Positions 18,613 through 28,426 are shown, counted from the stretch's first letter. The stretch: 64,000 nt of DNA from Candidatus Poribacteria bacterium (GCA_965214095.1 OZ243938.1:3264001-3328000); one strand, 5' to 3'. Numbers and translations: made by a program. The notes: generated from the letters alone by a model not told the origin.

Positions 18613-18641
18613 TGCAACCGTTTTACTCCTAATTTGAGTCA
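18613..18641 (+). promoter_or_regulatory. Putative ECF promoter, class B (GCAAC-N19-GTCA)
   Basis: tgcaaccgttttactcctaatttgagtca. Confidence 0.65.
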
Positions 18642-18691
18642 TAATAGTTTGATATGTGTTTGATCAAACCTTCGTATAATGGAGACACCTG

Positions 18692-21600
18692 ATGAAAAAC
18701 GACGGTGCACTTATTAGACAAATACTCAGCGGTGATCAAATCGCTTTCGCTGAACTCGTGAAAAAGTATCAAAAACAAGTTCACGTACTAGCGTGGCGAA
18801 AAATTGGAGATTTCCACATTGCCGAGGACATTACCCAGGATGTCTTTCTGAAAGTATATCAGAAACTTCACACTCTGAAAGATGTGAATCAGTTTTCTGG
18901 GTGGCTCTACGTCGTTACAACAAACCTATGCAATACATGGCTCAGTAAAAATCGGATGCACAACCAACCGTTGGAAAACATTGAGACAACCATGATAGAA
19001 AGAGACGTATATTCCCATCATATCACAGAAGAGCGAGTTAAGACCACTCTTGAATCACAACGTGAAGTGGTCAAGAAACTCCTCGCTAAGTTGAAAGAAA
19101 GTGAACGCACGGTAATGACTCTCCACTATCTCGGCGAGATGACAGTGGAAGAGATTAGCAAGTTCTTAGGGGTTTCTGCTGGAACGATAAAGAGCCGACT
19201 TCAACGTGCGCGGAACCGTCTACAGAAGGAGGAAACAATGATTAGAGAAGCACTCGACCATTTTCAAATTTCACCAAACCTAACTGAAAACATCATGCAG
19301 GAAGTATCACATCTCAAACCGACACCTCCCACCAGCAAACCCTTCGTGCCGTGGGCGGTTGCATCTTCAAGTATAGTATTGATTATGATGATGCTCGGAA
19401 TTGGGAGTCAGTACTTAGCCTATTTTCAGAAGCCGTATAGTTTTGATGCTCAGTCAGAGATGACGGTTGAACTAATTGATACACCAATAGTTCTGAATCT
19501 TGATACGCAACCGAGAGAACAATATCAGTTTGGAATTGCAAATGCAATTAGTGAAAATGATAACAGCGGACAGAATCCCGATGAAGTCTTATTAGCTGAT
19601 GGGAAAACTGAAGGTGAAGACATTTCAATACCTAAGCAAGAGTGGGTTGAATATGAACATCAGCCATTCGCTTTTCCAAGCAAATTACTTGCGACACCTG
19701 AAGGTGAACTCTACACTTTGACCGCTGGTGGACACCTCCACAAATTGAAGAGAGATGGTGAAAGTTGGGAACATCTCAATGATATAAGTTCTTTAATTGA
19801 TGATTTTATTGCTCCTGATTCACTAATGGCGGAATGGAACGGTATTCTATACCTGGTGTGGTATAATGAATTCTATGCGTCTAAAGATGATGGAAAAACG
19901 TGGGACTTGGTATATAAATGGGAAATACCTGCTGCGGGAGGGGATTTTGAAGTTCAGGAACTGGTGTTAACGGAAGAATCTTTTTATCTTGTTTACCCAG
20001 ATGCTGTTTTCCGTTCTGAGGATCAAGGAAAAACATGGAAGAATATGCGTGATGAATTTCCAAATGTTCCAGACTCTATAACTGTTTTTCAAGATACAGT
20101 ATTTGTCACATCAGGTACAGGTTTCTATCGAGGCAATGCCGGCAGTTGGCATAAGTTAGCGTTACCAATTCCTGAAACTGTCTATATTACTTCAGTCGCT
20201 GCTTCTAAAAACCGATTATATGTTATGGCAAATTTAGGATCTGACTTTGATCCCCAAGCAGCATCAGAGGGGCGGCAACGAACATGGTGGATATTTCGCT
20301 CAACTGATTTGGGGAATACGTGGAAAGATATAACACCCACAAACGCTTGGCCCATTAAAGGCTGGTACCCAGATCTGAAACTTATTGCTGCTGGAGAGAA
20401 CATCCTGCTAATGGAAAAGGGTATGGTAATGTCAACTGACGGAGGAGAATCTTGGCTGCCACCATTGAAACCCAATGCTTCACCTTCAATGGATTCCTAC
20501 TCACCTGCTGTGGTACTAAACGACCATAGCATTTATGTTGGTAGCGGCGATGGATTTCAAAGTTCCAAAGATGGTGGAAAAACTTGGGAAAGTATTAAAA
20601 TACCAGCACGGAAAAAGTTTTCAAGGAATATCATAGCTAATTTAATCGTATATGATGGAATTGAGAATTCACAAGAAACACCTTCAGCGGTCTATGTTAA
20701 GTCTTGGCGATCACTTGTCAAAACTACAGATAGAGGTAAATCTTGGAATCCTGTTGAAAAGGAAGTACGAATGACAGAACCCTTCAGGGAGGAACAACCG
20801 GAGATTCTTAGCATAGTAGAAGCTGATGATGGACTTTATGCTAAAGGGGGTAGTGGCTATGACACTGTAAAGAAAGTTAATATGTATAGAGTATCTGAAG
20901 ATGGAAACTCGCTGATTGGTATTCAAGGTTTTCCATACTTACACTCTCATTCAATAACTAACAAATTGGATAGGCATCACAGGAACCCCTTAGGGCTGTC
21001 TGATACAGCATTGGTTGAGGAACTTCAAAAGAATTACAAAGGTGCAACGCAGTTTTTCAAGGAATTAGTAGATTTGGCACAGGGAGAATTAGTAGATTTG
21101 GGACAAGGCGGTATTCAAGGCCAAATTATTCTGGTTCAACGTGATCTTATAAATAGAGGTTTAAACGGTACATTTGCGGTAAGTGGAGATACGTTCTACT
21201 TAGAATACAACTTCAAACTCTTCCGATGGACACAAGGTGAAAGAGAATTGTATGATACAGGTGTGGAAGAGACGATTGGTCTTACTATCAGGTTGTCTGA
21301 TGGCAAGTATTTACCCGCTACACTTATACCTCCCGCTGACATGCCAAAAGGACGTGCACTGGAAAAGTTTCGTGCTTTGCATAATCTCAAACTTGCTGTT
21401 TCAGGTAATACTGTCTACGTTGGGAAACGAGATGGCCACCTTCTTGTATCTTATGATAGAGGAGATAATTGGACAGATATCACACAAAGTTTGCCGCATC
21501 CGGTTATTGCGTTCAAGGATATAAAGTTCGTTGGGTCCAAAATATATGTAGCAACGGATGCTGGTGTAACTATGTCACATAATGGAATACAGTGGCATGC

Positions 21601-21826
21601 AATCACTGATGCAGATGGAACAGATCTCGTCATGGAATACTTGGCTGTTGATGGTAGAAGACTGTTTGGAATGACTGATAAAACTGGTGTTTATCTCTTG
21701 GTGAATGGCACTTGGGAACAGATTGTATCAGATACGCCTGAGAGATTTACTTCTCTTGCTATAGATGGGAATACTGTGTATGTTAGCACTATGCAACGTG
21801 GTATGCTCCACTATGTTCTTGAGTAG
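18692..21826 (+). CDS. ECF sigma-TM-Asp-box beta-propeller (array copy 6)
   Basis: Sigma domain very similar to copy 2 but intact; same architecture. Confidence 0.92.
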   Translation: MKNDGALIRQILSGDQIAFAELVKKYQKQVHVLAWRKIGDFHIAEDITQDVFLKVYQKLHTLKDVNQFSGWLYVVTTNLCNTWLSKNRMHNQPLENIETTMIERDVYSHHITEERVKTTLESQREVVKKLLAKLKESERTVMTLHYLGEMTVEEISKFLGVSAGTIKSRLQRARNRLQKEETMIREALDHFQISPNLTENIMQEVSHLKPTPPTSKPFVPWAVASSSIVLIMMMLGIGSQYLAYFQKPYSFDAQSEMTVELIDTPIVLNLDTQPREQYQFGIANAISENDNSGQNPDEVLLADGKTEGEDISIPKQEWVEYEHQPFAFPSKLLATPEGELYTLTAGGHLHKLKRDGESWEHLNDISSLIDDFIAPDSLMAEWNGILYLVWYNEFYASKDDGKTWDLVYKWEIPAAGGDFEVQELVLTEESFYLVYPDAVFRSEDQGKTWKNMRDEFPNVPDSITVFQDTVFVTSGTGFYRGNAGSWHKLALPIPETVYITSVAASKNRLYVMANLGSDFDPQAASEGRQRTWWIFRSTDLGNTWKDITPTNAWPIKGWYPDLKLIAAGENILLMEKGMVMSTDGGESWLPPLKPNASPSMDSYSPAVVLNDHSIYVGSGDGFQSSKDGGKTWESIKIPARKKFSRNIIANLIVYDGIENSQETPSAVYVKSWRSLVKTTDRGKSWNPVEKEVRMTEPFREEQPEILSIVEADDGLYAKGGSGYDTVKKVNMYRVSEDGNSLIGIQGFPYLHSHSITNKLDRHHRNPLGLSDTALVEELQKNYKGATQFFKELVDLAQGELVDLGQGGIQGQIILVQRDLINRGLNGTFAVSGDTFYLEYNFKLFRWTQGERELYDTGVEETIGLTIRLSDGKYLPATLIPPADMPKGRALEKFRALHNLKLAVSGNTVYVGKRDGHLLVSYDRGDNWTDITQSLPHPVIAFKDIKFVGSKIYVATDAGVTMSHNGIQWHAITDADGTDLVMEYLAVDGRRLFGMTDKTGVYLLVNGTWEQIVSDTPERFTSLAIDGNTVYVSTMQRGMLHYVLE

Positions 21827-21897
21827 ATAGACACATCTTGAATATTAGGTGTCAAGTGTGTCATACAGCAAAACCTTTCCTGAGAGTAGTATCATTT

Positions 21898-24800
21898 TTA
21901 AAGTTCCGCGCTGACGGTCATCTCTAACCTATGCTCAGGCTTGCGTTGTTTTGTAGAAAGCAGACGGTAATTGAGTCTAAACAGCAGATCAGTAAATTTG
22001 CGTAATTTATAATCCGCAGTGGCACGCACTTCGTGGCTTATGCCTTCATAAAAATAGTATTGTGCGAAAGGGACACCACCATCACTCTTGCCATAACCAA
22101 GAGTATGGTTAACATCAATACGTCCCTTACCAAAGATACCGTAAACGATCCGATTCTCAAACGAAAAGGTGCGCGTCTTTGCATCAGGTTCATCATCAAG
22201 CTGCTCAATATCGGTTGTGCGTTTATATCCACCGGTACCACTCCAACGTAATGTCCGACTGATTTCATACTGCAGTTTCAATTCTGTTACCTGCTCAAAT
22301 TGTCGTAGATCAGAAATCGGTGTTGATGAGAATAAATCTGGGTTGGAAACATTTCCTGCCTCCATATCATCTGGATTGGTAATTCCTCCGATTTCATCGG
22401 GGTTGGAAATCTCTTCTATTTCTTCAGAGAAGTTCAGTTGGCTATATCTCTCTGTTTCTCTACGTTGTTCCCAATTAGCACCGATAGAGAGCCGTTGCGT
22501 CGGATTGACTGAAAAAGAAACATCCCATGTTCTATGTTTTCGGTGTCGTTCTTGGGTGTTAATCCGTCGGTTGAGCGACCGTCCCGTACGTAGATTACCT
22601 TCAATACTGAACTGTGGTGAGGGAGAGAATTCCACACGATGATGTTGGTTGACGCGTCCGAATAGTGTTTCTGAACCTTGAAGACTTTGGAGCAGATATA
22701 AGGATATTTCATCTTCCGCTTCCTGTTCCTCAGTAAGCCATAAACGTGTCTGGACATTAAAGGCTTTCAGGATCCGTGTGAACGGATTGATTCTTTCGGT
22801 GTTCTCATCTTGATTGATTTTACTTGAAGCCCTGCCGAAGTTACGAGATTGCCGTGCAAAGAACTGACGAGGTTGAAATCGGAGGCGGAATGCAGCATCT
22901 ACAGCAGTTGTCGGTTTGTCACCAACATTTTGGTATATCTTGATGTATGTGCCTTCTTCCGGATCCTCTACATAACGCAGGTCATCTAATCTAACGTAAA
23001 ACCCTTCTCCCGGTTGGATTCTATGTCCAGTCAGTGGATGAATATCGGTATAGATTTCACGACGTTGGGTCGTCAGTTTTTTGTCCAATTCGTAAGTAAC
23101 TTCAGCATCAATTGCACGATTGAAAGGCGTAAATTGTAGGGTCGTATCTGCCAACTGTGTTGTGGTATCTGTTCCCAGTTCTGAATGTGCTTTCACCATT
23201 CTGCGAGCAAGGTTGGTCCGTAGGTTAACCCAATTGCCTTGTTGTGAAAAGAGACCGACTTTCCAAGTTCGCGCTGTGGTAGAACGCATCCAATCTGAAA
23301 TACCGATATTCTCACCATCAAGTGCTAATAACGGTTCTTTTGCAAAAGACTGCTCCAGCTCGTAACTTGTGTGTATGGAAACCCATTTGAAATTAATCAG
23401 GTTCACACGACCAGAAGTGCGATTACGTCTACGGTTGCGAAAAGCGGAGAAATCATCCGTTGAGAGAAAGCGGTTGTATGTGCCGATAAGTTCAAAAGGT
23501 GAAAGAAGATAGGATAGACTACCCTCTTGTCTTGTCTTTTGGTAGTTTTCATCAGAATTCTGTGTTTCCTGATTCTGTTCAATATAGGATGTGCTACGAT
23601 AGTCATTCCAACGGACATTTGGCAACCATTTTAGAAACGACATTTTGCCTGTCGGTGTCTTTGGAGCAAGATCACTTTCCAACGCACTGGGTCTCCGCGC
23701 ACTATCTCTTTGATATTGTGATGATGATGAGGTGTATAGATTATCCACTTGTGGAGATACCGCCGCAAAAGCTGCACCCCGGCTTGTTCTTGGTGCGAAA
23801 TTGGCACCCCAATTGATATTATTCCGTCTGGTTGTCGCTCCTTCCAATGCAGACTCAATCGTTCTTCCTGCACCCATATCAAATTGTAACCATTGATACG
23901 GCAACAATTTGGAACCAAGATTAAAGGACTGCTCATCAGATGCTTGTGAGATAGAGGTGGGATCAAACAGAATGGCATCCTCAAAACCCTCAGTTGCGTA
24001 TTGTGTCACATATCTATCACGGTTCCGATTGTTACGAGACGCACCGACAGGCAGAAATTTTGCATCCATTGCTCGCACATCAAGATTGCCAATCAGTTTC
24101 GGACGCAGCTTATTTGTCCAAGTTGGTATGTCCCAACTTGTGCTACCAATGAGTTTCCAAGCATTACTCACATCCTTTCTATCTACTGCGGAATAGGTGT
24201 TACTATCAACTGCACTCACAGCGAATTCCCCATTTAGCCAAGTCTGTTGCGCAAGATTAAGACGACTCTCCAATCCCCATACAGTATGTTTCTGTGGCGG
24301 CACGAGAAGTGTACCATCCCCTTCTGAATCCAGTTGATGCAGACGGAGTGCAGCCAGATCATCCTCATTCAGCAAGACTAAGGCTTGATCGGGATCATCC
24401 ATATCGGCTTCTACTGCGTAAGAAGCACCGAAAGATAACCATTCTCCAGGGAAAGTCAAGACATTGTTGATTCCGTAAAGATTTTGTTGATATGCGTTAT
24501 CTTCAGGAATATACTCAAAATCAACGCGGATAACATCGTTGCTTGTAATCAGATGTTTGCTGTTGAACTCAATAATCGGATCACCGTATTCACGGATGAT
24601 GTAATCGTTGTTCTCACCGCGTCGCATCTTTTCTCCGTTTAGCCAAACAATCTCACTACCTGCCTTGACAATAACAAATTGGTTATTTACATCAAGTCGA
24701 TATTCACTACGTCCCTCCTCTCCACGAATAACTTTGCTGGTAGATTGTCCTTTTGGAAGTGCACTCGGAATGAGATGGAATTGTCCCCACGCAAAATTCC

Positions 24801-25614
24801 CTTCAACCTTGACACCCTCTAATGCTCGTGGGAAGAAGATAAATTCAGACGGTCCTAATGTTGCATTGAAATCCCCTAAAGTGCCTATCACATTGGGATG
24901 TATGATACGGATTAGTTTCTGATTAATGTCCTGTATATCTTCAGTCATGCCTTCCGGTTGAATAGGTAAATCTTGGTCAGAGAGCATTGCCAATACCTCA
25001 ATATTATCTGAGACGTTTCCACGCACATTGATTCGGAACTCCTGGTTTTGTGATAAGGAACGACCACTTCCAACAGCAATACCAAAGGTGCGACTTCCGG
25101 AATATTCTAACTGTGACGATGGTGTTGTAGAAGATGATCGGGGAGTTGTTGTCGGTTTGCTTTCCACATCAGTGGATACGTCTGTTGTTGTGGTTTCTGA
25201 CACATCGTTAGGAGATACACCAAATAGGTCTCGTTTATATATCTTCTGTAAAGTGAACGGAATTGCTCGGTAGGTTATTGTCCATGTAGTGTCTTTTTGT
25301 GCTGTGACAGATTTATCAAATATGATTTTGCCTGTTGTATAGTCAATCTGATAGTCTGTGTCTTTAACAAGCGTCTTTCCTTTATTATCTGATATCTGTT
25401 CACTATCCCAAAATATAGGTGGATATTTAATAGTCCATTCAGTTTTTTCCGTTTCCAATACGATGCTTTCGGATTTCTCAATTATGGCAAAGGTGGGTAG
25501 TTTGAGGGGTAGGTTCTGCGTTTGAAGTCCAGTTTGTGCATCAACACATACAACATAACCTAAATAAATAGAACAGATACACAATGGTAGTAGAATTTTG
25601 ATATGTCGTGCCAT
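21898..25614 (-). CDS. Large exported protein, probable outer-membrane beta-barrel (motifs recall a Bacteroidota conserved protein and SprA-like repeats)
   Basis: Signal peptide (..VCVDA-Q); DQDLPIQPEG and GSEIVWLNG..RG..NDYII motifs; amphipathic beta-strand C-terminus. Alternative start at 25629. Confidence 0.7.
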   Translation of the reverse strand: MARHIKILLPLCICSIYLGYVVCVDAQTGLQTQNLPLKLPTFAIIEKSESIVLETEKTEWTIKYPPIFWDSEQISDNKGKTLVKDTDYQIDYTTGKIIFDKSVTAQKDTTWTITYRAIPFTLQKIYKRDLFGVSPNDVSETTTTDVSTDVESKPTTTPRSSSTTPSSQLEYSGSRTFGIAVGSGRSLSQNQEFRINVRGNVSDNIEVLAMLSDQDLPIQPEGMTEDIQDINQKLIRIIHPNVIGTLGDFNATLGPSEFIFFPRALEGVKVEGNFAWGQFHLIPSALPKGQSTSKVIRGEEGRSEYRLDVNNQFVIVKAGSEIVWLNGEKMRRGENNDYIIREYGDPIIEFNSKHLITSNDVIRVDFEYIPEDNAYQQNLYGINNVLTFPGEWLSFGASYAVEADMDDPDQALVLLNEDDLAALRLHQLDSEGDGTLLVPPQKHTVWGLESRLNLAQQTWLNGEFAVSAVDSNTYSAVDRKDVSNAWKLIGSTSWDIPTWTNKLRPKLIGNLDVRAMDAKFLPVGASRNNRNRDRYVTQYATEGFEDAILFDPTSISQASDEQSFNLGSKLLPYQWLQFDMGAGRTIESALEGATTRRNNINWGANFAPRTSRGAAFAAVSPQVDNLYTSSSSQYQRDSARRPSALESDLAPKTPTGKMSFLKWLPNVRWNDYRSTSYIEQNQETQNSDENYQKTRQEGSLSYLLSPFELIGTYNRFLSTDDFSAFRNRRRNRTSGRVNLINFKWVSIHTSYELEQSFAKEPLLALDGENIGISDWMRSTTARTWKVGLFSQQGNWVNLRTNLARRMVKAHSELGTDTTTQLADTTLQFTPFNRAIDAEVTYELDKKLTTQRREIYTDIHPLTGHRIQPGEGFYVRLDDLRYVEDPEEGTYIKIYQNVGDKPTTAVDAAFRLRFQPRQFFARQSRNFGRASSKINQDENTERINPFTRILKAFNVQTRLWLTEEQEAEDEISLYLLQSLQGSETLFGRVNQHHRVEFSPSPQFSIEGNLRTGRSLNRRINTQERHRKHRTWDVSFSVNPTQRLSIGANWEQRRETERYSQLNFSEEIEEISNPDEIGGITNPDDMEAGNVSNPDLFSSTPISDLRQFEQVTELKLQYEISRTLRWSGTGGYKRTTDIEQLDDEPDAKTRTFSFENRIVYGIFGKGRIDVNHTLGYGKSDGGVPFAQYYFYEGISHEVRATADYKLRKFTDLLFRLNYRLLSTKQRKPEHRLEMTVSAEL

Positions 25615-25640
25615 CCTTCTACCTTCCATTCCTATATTAC

Positions 25641-26729
25641 TTATTCTGTTTTGTTGGCATCTGATGTAGAAATCTTCTTGAATATCACATTAAAAACTTT
25701 AATGTCTCCTGCTTCAGTATCACTTACATATACCTGTCCTTTCTGTGAAACAGCGATTCCACAAGGGTTCAAGAGCGTTTTCGCAGTGAAATCCATAACA
25801 GCACCTCCATCTTGTGTGAATATCTGAATCCTCTGATTTCCACTGTCTGTGATATATAGATAATTCCATTCGTCTAATGCAAGCCGCTTTGGATCACGGA
25901 ATTGTCCGAGTTCACTACCTTTTTCACCCCATGAAAGTGTGGGATTTCCACTGAAATCATAACTGACAATGCGATTGTTGCCAGTATCTACTACATACAC
26001 GGTGCCGTGTGGATTGATAACTATATCAGTAGGATTCCAGAACTGATCTCTATTACTACCGAAACTCCCCATAGCATTTATAGGAACAAGATTCTTACTG
26101 AATTGTATCCATCGATGATTGAGTGTGTCAACCACATATACCTCACCATTCCGACCAATACCGATTCCTTCGGGAGCGTCAAATTGATAGTCTTCCGTTG
26201 TTGTTGCGATTGGATAAAAGATACGATTCACGAGATTACAATACTGCACCCGATGATTTCCGGTATCAGCCACATAGAGCGCGTCCAAACTGAGTGCTAT
26301 GTCAGTAGGAAAATCAAATTCACCTTCACGCCACCCAAAACTACCGAATTCAGCGATAAAATGTCCATCCGTATCAATGACTTGCACCCTGTTATTCCCT
26401 GTATCTGCTACATACAACTGTTGATATGCATCTAAAACCAACCCCATAGGATTTAGAAATTCTCCTGCACCTTGTCCAGTTCTACCGATCGTTTTGATGT
26501 AACTCACCCCTAATATAGGCGGAGATTCTCGTGTTCTGATTGAAGGGACGATATCTACATTTGGGACGATTGGGGGTTGCAGTACACCTGCACTATCCGG
26601 TTCAGGCACAGCACAACTTATGAAACAGAGGAGGGCAACAAAGATAAGACATCTGCCGCAGTGAGTAAACTTTACCCTTGCTTTTCTATCTGTAGAAATG
26701 AGAGAGGGAGGTGTTGGAAACTGAACCAT
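25641..26729 (-). CDS. NHL-repeat beta-propeller protein, possible lipoprotein
   Basis: Repeated F..P.GI...LYVADTGNNRVQ; FISC lipobox-like. Start moved from 26810 to avoid overlap with the upstream gene. Confidence 0.85.
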   Translation of the reverse strand: MVQFPTPPSLISTDRKARVKFTHCGRCLIFVALLCFISCAVPEPDSAGVLQPPIVPNVDIVPSIRTRESPPILGVSYIKTIGRTGQGAGEFLNPMGLVLDAYQQLYVADTGNNRVQVIDTDGHFIAEFGSFGWREGEFDFPTDIALSLDALYVADTGNHRVQYCNLVNRIFYPIATTTEDYQFDAPEGIGIGRNGEVYVVDTLNHRWIQFSKNLVPINAMGSFGSNRDQFWNPTDIVINPHGTVYVVDTGNNRIVSYDFSGNPTLSWGEKGSELGQFRDPKRLALDEWNYLYITDSGNQRIQIFTQDGGAVMDFTAKTLLNPCGIAVSQKGQVYVSDTEAGDIKVFNVIFKKISTSDANKTE

Positions 26730-26751
26730 TGAAAAATGTGAGAGCTTGACA

Positions 26752-27432
26752 TCAATCCCGTTGCACCCTAAATTTGAAAACAAAGGTTGTCTGCTGATCA
26801 TTAAATTCACTTGTCACACCGGGTACTATAATACGCATGTTATTTGATTTGGTGGTTCGTTTTGGAAAATAGATATAGAATAGCGACTTGTTTTTCGGCA
26901 TCACGTTGGTCTTCTTGAAGTCATCAGTCGGCAGAACGGCAGCATCCCCTTGAACACGAATAGTCTTGTCATAGCGGAAAACATCTGCAGCGAATTCTGG
27001 AGGTAACTTGGGTCTAAAATTCTTGGGTAAATGGAAGGAGAGTTGCGACTTATCAACTTGTTTTATTATTTCCCCTGATTGGTCAAGTAATTTGCAATCT
27101 TCCCTTCTGTAAGTAATCCATTGGTTAGTGTTATTGTAAATTAGAATAGCGAATGCATTAAGATTCTTGACCTCATGGAGTGGCACTGCCATCGCGACGA
27201 TGCCATTTTTCTTGTATATAACGGTGCCGGTTTGCGGTGTTATAATAGCATTTGGATCAAATACTGGAACAATCCGTTCCGGTTTGAAGATGTCAACAAA
27301 AAAATCACCCACCTTTGCACAGCCACCTAAATATATAGTCAGTGCTAAGATTACAGAGATTTGCAATATACATTTCCAAATATAAGGTGATTTATGTATA
27401 GTGTCTGTTGTCTTATTGTGTAATTTTATCAA
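26752..27432 (-). CDS. Hypothetical lipoprotein
   Basis: Hydrophobic stretch ending LGGC; sits within the gene run. Confidence 0.7.
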   Translation of the reverse strand: MIKLHNKTTDTIHKSPYIWKCILQISVILALTIYLGGCAKVGDFFVDIFKPERIVPVFDPNAIITPQTGTVIYKKNGIVAMAVPLHEVKNLNAFAILIYNNTNQWITYRREDCKLLDQSGEIIKQVDKSQLSFHLPKNFRPKLPPEFAADVFRYDKTIRVQGDAAVLPTDDFKKTNVMPKNKSLFYIYFPKRTTKSNNMRIIVPGVTSEFNDQQTTFVFKFRVQRD

Positions 27433-27454
27433 AATGTATTTCCTTTTTTGTGTG

Positions 27455-28426
27455 TTACTTGTCGCTATACGCTAACATCGCTGCACCGACGAGTCCTGCG
27501 TCGTTTCCTAATTTTGCTGGTACTATTTCCATATTACCAGGGATATCCATTGCTCGTTTCGCGAATTCGGTGCGAATATGTTGAAAAAGTATGTCCTCTC
27601 CGGCTGCGGCAATCCCTCCACCGATGATGGCAATTTGAGGGTTGAGAATGTGGGCAATAGATGTTAATGCTACACCGATATATCTACCGGTCTCAGAGAA
27701 AATGTCTTTAGCAAGTTTATCCCCATCAGTTGCTGCTTGAGCGATCTGCTTCGGTGTTAATCCTTCAGGATTCAAACAGGTTTTCCTTCCCTCAGCTATC
27801 TTCTGTTGTGTACGTTCAACAATATGTCTTGCACCGGCATAGGCTTCAAGACAACCACGATTACCGCATCCGCATTCTCGTCCATCCGGTTGAACTACGG
27901 TGTGTCCCAATTCCCCAGCAGTATTCCAACTGCCGTGATAGACTTTTCTGTTGATGACTACACCACCACCGACACCGGTACCAAGTGTCAAGGCAACAAC
28001 GTTTTCATATCCAACGCCAGCACCATGGTGTAATTCGCCTAACACCATTACATTCACATCGTTATCAATATAGAGTGGAATGTTTATACCATCAAGTTCA
28101 GCAGAGACATATTCCAGTAACGGAATATCTGTCCACCCAGGGAAGTTCGGTGAAAAGTGGATAATACCGCTACCAGCGATGATGAGTCCAGGAGCACCTA
28201 AACCAATACCAATTATCTTACCTTTAATGTTATCACTATGATGAGATTCGGTATCTGCGTTGGTAATGACTTGTTGGATTGTCTGAGCAATACGGACTGC
28301 GATTGCTTTTGCGCCTTCATCTACACGAGTAGAAACGACTGTCCGGCATGAAAGTTTACCATCTGTCCCCAATAATCCAGCTTTAATATCAGTTCCACCC
28401 AGATCAATTCCGATACTATATTTCAT
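27455..28426 (-). CDS. glcK: ROK-family sugar kinase (glucokinase)
   Basis: GIDLGGT, NDVN, TLGTGVGGG, GELGH and CGCGNRGCLE motifs. Confidence 0.88.
   Translation of the reverse strand: MKYSIGIDLGGTDIKAGLLGTDGKLSCRTVVSTRVDEGAKAIAVRIAQTIQQVITNADTESHHSDNIKGKIIGIGLGAPGLIIAGSGIIHFSPNFPGWTDIPLLEYVSAELDGINIPLYIDNDVNVMVLGELHHGAGVGYENVVALTLGTGVGGGVVINRKVYHGSWNTAGELGHTVVQPDGRECGCGNRGCLEAYAGARHIVERTQQKIAEGRKTCLNPEGLTPKQIAQAATDGDKLAKDIFSETGRYIGVALTSIAHILNPQIAIIGGGIAAAGEDILFQHIRTEFAKRAMDIPGNMEIVPAKLGNDAGLVGAAMLAYSDK

Noticed and set aside
4840-21633. Recurring antisense ORFs at the 3' ends of the array genes (4840, 7850, 11206, 14477, 21451)
   Set aside because: They are shadows of conserved sense-strand codons and have no independent coding signal.
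2231-21826. Diversity-generating retroelement or CRISPR as the source of array variation
   Set aside because: No reverse transcriptase, no adenine-specific template/variable repeat pair and no repeat-spacer array was seen; shared tracts are fully identical.
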